From assembly GCF_000018465.1 (NCBI RefSeq), contig NC_010085.1, positions 780,001 to 812,000 on the forward strand: a stretch of DNA of 32,000 nt, in the 5' to 3' direction. The notes beneath the pieces were generated by a model, which saw nothing but the letters and a program-made list of their open reading frames with translations, did no database searches and was not told the origin of the DNA. Position numbers and translations under genes: made by a program. Positions 1 to 7,290 of this stretch are shown in pieces. This DNA is from Nitrosopumilus maritimus SCM1. Lineage in GTDB: Archaea; Thermoproteota; Nitrososphaeria; Nitrososphaerales; Nitrosopumilaceae. Numbering within the stretch: position 1 is the first letter of the stretch; each line of letters opens with the position of its first letter.

Positions 1-519
1 ATTCCAAAGAGAGTGTTTGGAGACTAGTGCCTCATATTTTTGAAGATAATAATGACATGACTGGGAATCCTGAGTGTTTTCTTCAACTTGTTTTATTGTA
101 GGTTTGAATTTGCAGGTTTCAATTACTTCTTTACCGTTTTTACTGGTTCTTTCAATACATTCTCCTTTTTCACAGGTTAGTCCCCATCTCATAGCTCTTC
201 TAGAATTGTCTACTTTTTCAGAAGCCATTAATTTTAAACAAGGGAAATTTTGTTTTCCTTTTACAGGTTTGAGAAAAGGTATATCCTTGATGTATTGATC
301 CTGAAGATGTTTTGATGCAGTTACAGTAAACGAACTATCAAAAAATTTAGAAACAGTTGCACCAACTAGAGATTTTCCAACTCCGGTTGGTGCACATAGA
401 ACGATTTTCTTGTAGCCCGAGTTAAATTGCTCTTCAATATCTGCAAGAATTTCTTTTTGAATATCTCTAGGAGTGAATTGCTCTGGAAATTTTTCTAAAA
501 GTGACAGGATTGTTATGAT
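1..519 (-). CDS. XPD/Rad3/DinG-like Fe-S DNA helicase, N-terminal part (continues off the left edge)
   Basis: Reverse-strand open frame not in the track. Reads ...KFPEQFTPRDIQKEILADIEEQFNSGYKKIVLCAPTGVGKSLVGATVSKFF... with Walker A APTGVGKS, followed by a Cys-rich insert (FPCLKL...LTCEKGEC...VICKF...SCHYY) as in Fe-S helicases. No ATG near the 5' end, so the exact start is uncertain. Confidence 0.82.
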   Translation of the reverse strand, partial: MITILSLLEKFPEQFTPRDIQKEILADIEEQFNSGYKKIVLCAPTGVGKSLVGATVSKFFDSSFTVTASKHLQDQYIKDIPFLKPVKGKQNFPCLKLMASEKVDNSRRAMRWGLTCEKGECIERTSKNGKEVIETCKFKPTIKQVEENTQDSQSCHYYLQKYEALVSKHSLWN

Positions 520-604
520 TTAGTCTTTATATTAAAAGCATGAAGGTTCTTGTGATATCAATAGTTGTAATCTAGTTTAATATCTAGTAAATACACTATA
601 GATC

Positions 605-922
605 ATGGAATTACTTGATGATAAGATGAGAGTTTGGTTAGAAAGTGCAAAATTTGTAAAACCAAACCCTGGTGTATACGTACTATACAACAGAAGCAAA
701 CACCCAATATACATTGGAGAGACCAGTAATCTTGAAGAGACATTTACAAAATATGTAGATACAGATTTTGAAGATAATGAATGCATGAAAAAAACTCAAT
801 ATTATCAAAGAGTTTTTGAAGATAACCCAAAGGAACTGCAATTACAACTAATTGAACAGTTCAGAAATGAGACGAATGAATTACCTTCCTGTAATTCTGA
901 GATCAAAGTAGAGACACGATAG
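605..922 (+). CDS. GIY-YIG nuclease-like small protein
   Basis: 105 aa; GVYVLYNRSKHPIYIGETSNLEE matches the GIY...YIG core. Confidence 0.7.
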   Translation: MELLDDKMRVWLESAKFVKPNPGVYVLYNRSKHPIYIGETSNLEETFTKYVDTDFEDNECMKKTQYYQRVFEDNPKELQLQLIEQFRNETNELPSCNSEIKVETR

Positions 923-927
923 ATTCT

Positions 928-946
928 TTCAGTGCATTGCACTGAA
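928..946. promoter_or_regulatory. 19-bp perfect palindrome TTCAGTGC-ATT-GCACTGAA
   Basis: 8-bp arms around a 3-nt centre, between the stop at 922 and the ATG at 986, just upstream of a TATA-like ATTAATA near 957. Confidence 0.5.
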
Positions 947-985
947 GACCTACTGGATTAATAGAAAAAATATGAAATTCTCAAC

Positions 986-1231
986 ATGGGAAACGCAATG
1001 ATTTATGCAGGTATTGCAATTGGAGTAGCTGCATTGGCTGGAATTATGGTCTATGCACACGATAACCAAGAAAATTATCTTAGAGATGATGCAGTACTAG
1101 CACCCGCTGCAGAACAAGGCGCATTTTCATCAGATACTGGAATGGTCCAACTGAATAAAGAACAGTGGCATGAAGATCCATTTGGTGATAGAGCAGCTGA
1201 AGTTAGAGCAGCATACGAGTCTGGTGGATAA
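986..1231 (+). CDS. small membrane-anchored protein of unknown function
   Basis: 81 aa; N-terminal hydrophobic segment AMIYAGIAIGVAALAGIMVYA then a soluble tail. Confidence 0.65.
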   Translation: MGNAMIYAGIAIGVAALAGIMVYAHDNQENYLRDDAVLAPAAEQGAFSSDTGMVQLNKEQWHEDPFGDRAAEVRAAYESGG

Positions 1232-1320
1232 CCCACCAAGTTTCTTTTTATTTTATTTTTCATCATTCTACACCTAATCATTGGAGAAAACAATTAATCT
1301 AAGAATGCAGTAATTTAGCA

Positions 1321-1452
1321 ATGCATCAATGCTATTACTGTGAACAGATTTTTGATTCAAAAGAAGCACTATATGACCATGTAGAAGTACATTCAGATGC
1401 AGAAAGAAATAAGGAAATAATGGATAGAAAAAAGAAGGCACAAAAAAACTAA
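1321..1452 (+). CDS. 43-aa classical C2H2 zinc-finger microprotein (not in ORF track)
   Basis: MHQCYYCEQIFDSKEALYDHVEVHSDAERNKEIMDRKKKAQKN; C-x2-C-x3-F-x5-L-x2-H-x3-H spacing is exact. Confidence 0.75.
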   Translation: MHQCYYCEQIFDSKEALYDHVEVHSDAERNKEIMDRKKKAQKN

Positions 1453-1539
1453 ATTTTCAGCCTCAATTAAAAAAAATAGAGTAAAGGTAAGAAATAATCA
1501 CATTCAGGTGGTGATATAACAACTTGGTTTCAAAACAAT

Positions 1540-1806
1540 ATGGATTGGGTTGAAGCATTACTTCGTAAATCATGTGACAGAACACTAACCAAAGAAGAAG
1601 TCCTTCACAGCCTATTTCACATGATTGAAATTAATGAAAACACTATGCATCAAATTCAGTCAGACAAAAGAGATTTTGGACCAGAGTTAGAAGAACTAAA
1701 ACAAACTGAGATTAGAGACTTGGACTTCCATCTAAAATATTATCGAAGTTTGGTAAATTACATTAATTCAGTTCATGAAAATAAAATTTTTGAGAATCAG
1801 CACTAA
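1540..1806 (+). CDS. hypothetical protein, predicted helical
   Basis: 88-aa ORF with plausible composition, no overlapping alternative. Confidence 0.65.
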   Translation: MDWVEALLRKSCDRTLTKEEVLHSLFHMIEINENTMHQIQSDKRDFGPELEELKQTEIRDLDFHLKYYRSLVNYINSVHENKIFENQH

Positions 1807-1946
1807 TCATTCCAAGAAACAGTGTACGCAACAAATGTTTTTGGCAGTGGTTTTTTTGTGCTTATTCCCCATTCTTCTGAAGTGTGACCTGAATTAAGTT
1901 CAGATACTTCACCCCAATTGAATTTAGGCAATTTGGCAGTTTCCAT
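1803..1946 (-). CDS. 47-aa hypothetical protein (not in ORF track)
   Basis: METAKLPKFNWGEVSELNSGHTSEEWGISTKKPLPKTFVAYTVSWND; its stop overlaps the convergent 1540..1806 stop. Confidence 0.4.
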   Translation of the reverse strand: METAKLPKFNWGEVSELNSGHTSEEWGISTKKPLPKTFVAYTVSWND

Positions 1947-1998
1947 ATTTTGGCATCAAAAAAATAGATTATAAAAAATCAGTCTGCACTGCAAGACA

Positions 1999-2535
1999 TT
2001 ATAATTTTAATTCTTCAAATTTCAAAGCATATTCCAACTGTTTTTCTGGATTGTTTCCATAATCAGTAGTTTCATCATATTCTTGTAATCTTTTTTCTAA
2101 AATTTGTTGTAATTGCTCTATTTCTTGAGCAATCATTTTTCCAGAATCTTCTTTTGCAAGTTGTTTTCTCTGTTCTTCGTTTTTTCCTCGTGTTGGAAAG
2201 TTTTTGCCTTCAAATTTAGTTTGTAAGTTTGAGATATGTTCACGTTTTACTAATTCTGCCAAATCAAAACGCCCTTGTTCATATTTTAGTAATTGATCGC
2301 TTGTCTCAGAAGGTCTAACTGAAGACAACAAAGGGCAAAACTCTACAGAAACCTGAATGTTTTTTATTAAAAACAGTATTTCGCTTCCCATTTTTTCAGA
2401 ATCAACGGTCCAAGTGAATCTATATTTTATCACACTATGAGAATCTGCATATGATGCAGGGTTGTGTTCTGCCTTAAAATCAGACCATTTTAGAGAATAA
2501 TGTTTTGACCAAAATAGATTCTCATTTTCGCTCAT
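1999..2535 (-). CDS. DUF922-like (Zn-protease-related) protein with altered active motif
   Basis: YSLKWSDFKAEHNPAS... and LLKYEQGRFDLAELVKRE resemble the WSDFK and HEQGHFD segments of DUF922 proteins (from memory). Confidence 0.6.
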   Translation of the reverse strand: MSENENLFWSKHYSLKWSDFKAEHNPASYADSHSVIKYRFTWTVDSEKMGSEILFLIKNIQVSVEFCPLLSSVRPSETSDQLLKYEQGRFDLAELVKREHISNLQTKFEGKNFPTRGKNEEQRKQLAKEDSGKMIAQEIEQLQQILEKRLQEYDETTDYGNNPEKQLEYALKFEELKL

Positions 2536-2576
2536 TAGTTAATAATTTGAAAATTTCAGCATAATTAGATTGTGAT

Positions 2577-2879
2577 TCAAGAAGACTTTCCATCACGTCC
2601 ACTGAATTTTCCAATAGCCTGAGAGGTATCAAATCCTAGCCAAGAATAGTTTTGAGATTCTTGGGCATCGTGAAAATTTTGATGTTCTGTCAATTCCAAA
2701 TCTCCCCAATCCCCCTCATGAATAAAGGGGCATTTTTCATGAATTCCATTTTTTTTAATTCCTTTGCACGTGATTAACAAGCAAGAATTGTTGTGCTTTA
2801 GAACTGAAAAATTTTTTGTTAGAACGGATTTGCCTTGAACAGTCAACAAGAATTCTAGGCTCAAATTGATCAGGCACAA
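2577..2879 (-). CDS. possible hypothetical protein
   Basis: 100-aa ORF with some Cys/His residues; no family recognised, may be a fragment. Confidence 0.35.
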   Translation of the reverse strand: MCLINLSLEFLLTVQGKSVLTKNFSVLKHNNSCLLITCKGIKKNGIHEKCPFIHEGDWGDLELTEHQNFHDAQESQNYSWLGFDTSQAIGKFSGRDGKSS

Positions 2880-2967
2880 AAATGGATCATTTTTTCAACC
2901 CATTTTGATCAAAAATCAAGACACATTTTATTTTAAGAATTTTTGAAGATACTAATCATTACAAATA

Positions 2968-3057
2968 TTGGAAGCAAGGATGATTGCCTGTTTGATATCT
3001 GGCCGTAACTCCCAAAGAGTCGATGCAAAAAAGATATCAAACTTGCTTGCTTTCCAA
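2968..3057. ncRNA. candidate structured RNA (two nested long helices)
   Basis: Outer helix TTGGAAGCAAG/CTTGC-T-TTCCAA (one bulged nt), inner perfect 11-bp helix GTTTGATATCT (2990-3000)/AGATATCAAAC (3032-3042); locally GC-richer than the flanks. Confidence 0.35.
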
Positions 3058-3093
3058 ATCTAAACTATTAATTTTAGATAATTTCAACATTTT

Positions 3094-3174
3094 ATGATGA
3101 ACAGCAAGTTTTACATGTGGATGGGTATATCAGTGGCCGCATTAGCAGTAGGATTCATTCTTTTGTTCGGCTAA
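3094..3174 (+). CDS. 26-aa single-TM microprotein (not in ORF track)
   Basis: MMNSKFYMWMGISVAALAVGFILLFG; nearly all predicted TM helix. Confidence 0.45.
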   Translation: MMNSKFYMWMGISVAALAVGFILLFG

Positions 3175-3331
3175 TCAGATTAACTTTTTTGATTTCAATG
3201 ATCAATTTTTACATTGTTTTTTTATTTTATCAAGATTCTTAGAAGTAAAGTATTGCCATAGGTGTAGCTGGATGGTTGATAATCGCATTAACGCATCACG
3301 GCATTGATTATCAACTTTTATCTGTGGCCAA

Positions 3332-3580
3332 TCAATTAGGGTGAGAGTTTGATGCATAATCAAATTTTTCTTTATCAGAAAACAGTTGGAAATTATTTTT
3401 CTCCAAATCCAAAACATCATGAAAAGCAGGACATTCATTATCAATTGAGAATAATTCTTGACATTTTGGACACTGAATAACAACATGATTGCCCCAATCA
3501 CATTCAATTTCATCAATTAATTCAAAATTAACAGATTCATTACAAATACACTTTACATTTTGAAATTTTTGAAAATCCAC
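3332..3580 (-). CDS. small zinc-ribbon-like protein
   Basis: 82 aa; CIC and CPKC motifs with an acidic tail. Preferred over the overlapping 3202..3516 frame. Confidence 0.65.
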   Translation of the reverse strand: MDFQKFQNVKCICNESVNFELIDEIECDWGNHVVIQCPKCQELFSIDNECPAFHDVLDLEKNNFQLFSDKEKFDYASNSHPN

Positions 3581-3637
3581 AAGAATTAATTTTTAAAATT
3601 AAATATAATTTATTAGAAATTAATAATTAAGAAAGAT

Positions 3638-3841
3638 ATGACAGAATGCCCTACATGTAAACTTGCAATGGAATCACATTCAACAGCAGAGTTAATGGAA
3701 TGTTGTATGAAGCAAGTTGGGGATGAATTTACTGAAGATCGAGAGGGAATATGTCCCAATTGTAAACATGACATAAAAAAACACTCTAACAAAGAGCTTG
3801 CAGAGTGCACCATAGAGTATCTAAAATCAGGAATTCAATAG
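3638..3841 (+). CDS. 67-aa protein with duplicated zinc-finger-like motif
   Basis: Two copies of C-P-x-C-K-x5-H-S-x2-E-L-x-E-C with identical spacing. Confidence 0.75.
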   Translation: MTECPTCKLAMESHSTAELMECCMKQVGDEFTEDREGICPNCKHDIKKHSNKELAECTIEYLKSGIQ

Positions 3842-3882
3842 GTCTAGTTAACATTAAACAATAGAGAAATTAGGACAAAATA

Positions 3883-4473
3883 TTGAACCAAACAACAAGA
3901 GAATTAATTGGAATGTTTTCACCAATGTGGACTAACAAACAAGTTTGGGAATTTGATCAATTAAACGAGGATTTGAGATTTGATGCAATCTATGTAAAAC
4001 CTCAAGAGTATGAGGATAGTTTATGGAAGTCAAAATCTGCTTATCCAGATTCAGAGATTAGAGATATGGTTGTCAAAACATTTGATCATATGCTAGATGG
4101 CGAAGAATTATGGATTTCAAATGTGAATGAGAAGAAAATCGATGAGAAACACATACCATATCTCATGGCAGTCATGGCAGATGTGATGATTGAGGAAGAG
4201 ATTTGCTTGAATTTTAGAATAGACAATGAGTGTTTTGTTGCAACCATAGATTCAGATGCCGACGTTATTGATTGTAAGGAATTTTTTGAAGAATTTTATC
4301 ATTTGGCAACAGGTTTCAATTATGATACAGATACTGGAATTCCAGAGGATGAGACTGAAGCTGAAATGTACTTGACAAGACTACAAGAAGAATTCGATGA
4401 AAAAATGAAAGCAATTTTGGGAGACAAATATCTGCCAGGAAACAATGATCCGGACACGATTAATGCAAAGTGA
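3883..4473 (+). CDS. hypothetical acidic protein
   Basis: 196-aa ORF, start ATG, no overlapping alternative. Confidence 0.75.
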   Translation: MNQTTRELIGMFSPMWTNKQVWEFDQLNEDLRFDAIYVKPQEYEDSLWKSKSAYPDSEIRDMVVKTFDHMLDGEELWISNVNEKKIDEKHIPYLMAVMADVMIEEEICLNFRIDNECFVATIDSDADVIDCKEFFEEFYHLATGFNYDTDTGIPEDETEAEMYLTRLQEEFDEKMKAILGDKYLPGNNDPDTINAK

Positions 4474-4508
4474 TTTATCTAAAACACCCAAACATATCTT
4501 GAGTAAAT

Positions 4509-4838
4509 ATGTCCCAAAAAAGACCATATAGAAAATTTCAAAAGAAAGGTCCTTCATTGAGTATGGAACAAAAAGTAGAGAAGTTCATTTTGAGAAATTC
4601 TGAAAATGGTTTTTTTACCAAAGTCACAACTATCCCATACAAATTTGAAATGTCTGAGAGCAAAGCATGGGATGTGGTAGGTGAATTACTCTCAGAAGGG
4701 AAAATAGAATCAATACATGATGAAATATCAGGGGAGATGAAATTGTGTAAAGCAGGTCAAGCATATTCTATAATGAATTCAGAACAAAAAAGGAAAAGAC
4801 AGAAAACAAACAATTTCAAAAAAAAGAAAACAACATAA
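4509..4838 (+). CDS. hypothetical basic protein, possible winged-helix segment
   Basis: 109 aa; VEKFILRNSENGFFTKVTTIPYKFEMSESKAWDVVGELLSEGKIESI resembles a wHTH, with Lys/Arg-rich termini. Confidence 0.6.
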   Translation: MSQKRPYRKFQKKGPSLSMEQKVEKFILRNSENGFFTKVTTIPYKFEMSESKAWDVVGELLSEGKIESIHDEISGEMKLCKAGQAYSIMNSEQKRKRQKTNNFKKKKTT

Positions 4839-4958
4839 ACATTCAAACAAATATTTATTTTCTAGAATCAGTTCAAAAATGCATGGATGATGAGAATTTA
4901 CCTGCACAATGTCATCCTGTAATAAAACCAAAAAAGAAAAAGGAAGACAGTAAGAAAA

Positions 4959-5108
4959 ATGATACAGTGTAAATTATGTGGGACCCCATTAGGAAAAGAA
5001 CCAACTACGGATGAATTAGAAAAACATTGGAAAAAGCATCATAATTGGCATTGGGAATCTAACAAAGACAAATCACCTCAAGAGGCACTATTGAAAAAAA
5101 GAGACTGA
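4959..5108 (+). CDS. 49-aa C2H2-like zinc microprotein (not in ORF track)
   Basis: MIQCKLCGTPLGKEPTTDELEKHWKKHHNWHWESNKDKSPQEALLKKRD; CxxC then HWKKHH. Confidence 0.6.
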   Translation: MIQCKLCGTPLGKEPTTDELEKHWKKHHNWHWESNKDKSPQEALLKKRD

Positions 5109-5110
5109 CA

Positions 5111-5164
5111 ACGTCTTGGAATAGTGGTCGTTTATAGCATGCCTAGACCACTAATCGAAGGCGT
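5111..5164. ncRNA. candidate structured hairpin RNA / 3'-UTR element
   Basis: Outer helix ACGTCTT/AAGGCGT (7 bp, one G-U), internal loop GGAA/ATCG, inner perfect 8-bp helix TAGTGGTC/GACCACTA; roughly 46% GC in an AT-rich gap. Confidence 0.4.
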
Positions 5165-5301
5165 CACTACTAATACAGGCTCGAAATATAAAAAAACCAA
5201 CAATCAATTTCCAAACATTTGTTTAAAAAAAATCCAAAATCAAAACTAATGTACACAAAACTTTGCAGACGATTTATCAATTTTGTAATGTATTAATCAA
5301 C

Positions 5302-5436
5302 ATGAGAGAAGATTTTGCAGAGTATACCAAGTGCACAACATGCGGGACAGCATTACTAAATTGTGATTGTAATTGTCCATATTGCGGAAAACGTGAGGAA
5401 TGTGAGTGCGAGATAGGCGTACTTACTATTCCATAA
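5302..5436 (+). CDS. 44-aa Cys-rich microprotein (not in ORF track)
   Basis: MREDFAEYTKCTTCGTALLNCDCNCPYCGKREECECEIGVLTIP; eight cysteines arranged CxxC...CxCxCxxC...CxC. Confidence 0.65.
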   Translation: MREDFAEYTKCTTCGTALLNCDCNCPYCGKREECECEIGVLTIP

Positions 5437-5550
5437 TATTTTTTCTCAAACAGGTTCAGCATGGACATTAATTTTTGGAAATTATTTTTCAGCTAGATAC
5501 TGTAAAAAATTCACTTTTGATTAATAATAGAAATTTAGCAATTAGGAGGC

Positions 5551-5784
5551 ATGTCAGTAATAGAGGCATACGATATCAAGGCACGTAAAAAAGTGTCAAT
5601 GAAAGACCCACAACCATATCTTATGAAGAATGGTTCATGGGCATTGAAAGGAACTAGCTCTGAAACTGGGATCAAATTATTCAAAATTGTTGGAAGAACA
5701 AAACCATCAATTACCCAGTCAAGATTTGAAGCATTCAAGAATCTGTTTACAAGCAGAGGATGTGAATGTGGCAAAGAATGCTAG
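5551..5784 (+). CDS. DUF5679-like protein that has lost both Cys knuckles
   Basis: EAYDIKARKKVSMKDPQPYLMKNGSWALKGTSSETGIKLFKIVG tracks the DUF5679 pattern AYCVKCKAKxEMKDPxxxxxKNGRPAxxGxCPxCGTKMFRI (from memory). Confidence 0.6.
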   Translation: MSVIEAYDIKARKKVSMKDPQPYLMKNGSWALKGTSSETGIKLFKIVGRTKPSITQSRFEAFKNLFTSRGCECGKEC

Positions 5785-5851
5785 TCTTTTTTTTCTTACA
5801 AAGACATACCAACATTAGAAAGCATTAATGTGAGAATTTTTTAGAAATTTT

Positions 5852-6319
5852 ATGTCATTTGAGATTGACTGGAGAAAAAATTTTTACGGTATTTCATGGG
5901 CTCATGAAAAAGATAGGATTGTCGTATCAATAGTTTTTGAAGACAAGGAAGAGGCCGCAGAAATTTCAAAAAATATTGAGAATTGGAGCGACAAATTTAC
6001 CAGATTGACAATTATTGAAAAAGAGGAAGATGAATTTGCACTTTGTTGCTATCAAGATCCCCAAGTCTCAAAAAGTGACAAACACATAGGGTTGTTTAGA
6101 ACAGGAATGAGACAAAGTAGTGGCTATAACCAGGTAAAACCAATCATAGAAGAAAAGGCCCCCCTATTACAAATTGCCTATGCAGCAGATGCAATTGATA
6201 TTACCACATATGAGGAAATCTCCAAACTCATACCAATTAGAAAATTTAGAATCATCAATGAAAAGGATTTGAAGAAACAAGAATACTACTATGAGAAAAT
6301 GTCAACACTATCAAATTAA
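5852..6319 (+). CDS. hypothetical protein
   Basis: 155-aa ORF with plausible composition. Confidence 0.7.
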   Translation: MSFEIDWRKNFYGISWAHEKDRIVVSIVFEDKEEAAEISKNIENWSDKFTRLTIIEKEEDEFALCCYQDPQVSKSDKHIGLFRTGMRQSSGYNQVKPIIEEKAPLLQIAYAADAIDITTYEEISKLIPIRKFRIINEKDLKKQEYYYEKMSTLSN

Positions 6320-6320
6320 A

Positions 6321-6354
6321 ATGGTAAGATTCAAAATAATTTGAATCGTACCAT
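6321..6354. repeat. near-perfect inverted repeat (hairpin)
   Basis: ATGGTAaGATTCAAA - ATAA - TTTGAATCgTACCAT, 14 of 15 positions pair, starting just after the stop at 6319. Confidence 0.7.
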
Positions 6355-6678
6355 CTATGGTCGGGTAACAGTTCTATTCAAAATTAGATATAAAGAATGA
6401 CTACTGATTTGTTCATATTTTTGATACTGATGAATCGTTCATTCTTGTTAAATAGAAAATTTTCCACTTCTAATTATGAATAATAACAATTTCAATTCAT
6501 CATGGGAAGAAGCAATTGGTCTTTCATGGCTAATATCTGAAGAAGAGCATGCCTAAATCCCTATGCAGTCCAAACTGTTGGTGTAAAAAAACAAAAAACA
6601 TCAACGAGACACCTTAGAATTTTCTAAGGATTATTTTTTTAATTTAATACATAAATTCCATAATCTAAGACAGAGAAT

Positions 6679-6837
6679 ATGCATTGTGATGATAAAAGAA
6701 CATTATTTGTCTTAAAGCAAGGAATTGAAGAAACATGGGGTTTATTAAAAAAATCAGATTTTACAGATGAAGTTCTAATAAAAAAACTCAATGAAGAGAT
6801 AAAAGAGTATTTTGAGTACAAATCTGCAAGTCAATGA
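6679..6837 (+). CDS. 52-aa hypothetical protein (not in ORF track)
   Basis: MHCDDKRTLFVLKQGIEETWGLLKKSDFTDEVLIKKLNEEIKEYFEYKSASQ. Confidence 0.45.
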   Translation: MHCDDKRTLFVLKQGIEETWGLLKKSDFTDEVLIKKLNEEIKEYFEYKSASQ

Positions 6838-6870
6838 AATGTCATTTAAGTTTAGAAAGGAGGGTTTGAG

Positions 6871-7002
6871 GTGTCACAAATAGAACATACCAAAGAATGT
6901 AAGTACAGAATGAATAATGACATGCCACATACAAACTGCTATTGTAAATGTCATAAAATCATCATGGCAGATTCAAAAAATATGGAATCAAGAACTTTTT
7001 GA
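6871..7002 (+). CDS. 43-aa Cys/His-rich microprotein, GTG start (not in ORF track)
   Basis: Shine-Dalgarno-like GGAGG upstream of GTG; VSQIEHTKECKYRMNNDMPHTNCYCKCHKIIMADSKNMESRTF. Confidence 0.5.
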   Translation: MSQIEHTKECKYRMNNDMPHTNCYCKCHKIIMADSKNMESRTF

Positions 7003-7221
7003 GTCTTTTTCAGGTTCAAAATTTTCAATAATTTCACTTACACGAATCAACACAGTTTCTTTGATTTGATCTTTAGTCATTCCAGAGGTATGCATGAGTT
7101 TCATTTGATCAAGTAATGCAAAATGAACCCGGCCTTGAAGATAATCAACTATACCAAATCCTTGTTTAGGGAATTCTGTAACAAATAATTCATGTTCAGA
7201 AAAATCAGAGTCTTTAGTCAT
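6988..7221 (-). CDS. hypothetical protein
   Basis: 77-aa ORF; 3' end overlaps the convergent 6871..7002 ORF. Confidence 0.65.
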   Translation of the reverse strand: MTKDSDFSEHELFVTEFPKQGFGIVDYLQGRVHFALLDQMKLMHTSGMTKDQIKETVLIRVSEIIENFEPEKDSKSS

Positions 7222-7290
7222 GAATCAATTTTTCAAAAACTAGTTATAAAATTTCCAAATATTCATAAAACTATCATATTGGTTTGAAAT

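Noticed and set aside
74-298. 74-aa + ORF at the left edge
   Set aside because: Antisense to the helicase frame with Walker A and Cys cluster.
3202-3516. 104-aa reverse ORF
   Set aside because: Overlaps the CxxC-containing 3332..3580 frame, which has more protein-like composition and a CPKC motif.
4886-4975. Short frame MDDENLPAQCHPVIKPKKKKEDSKKNDTV
   Set aside because: Could be coding, but it is short, low-complexity and overlaps the start of the better supported 4959..5108 ORF.
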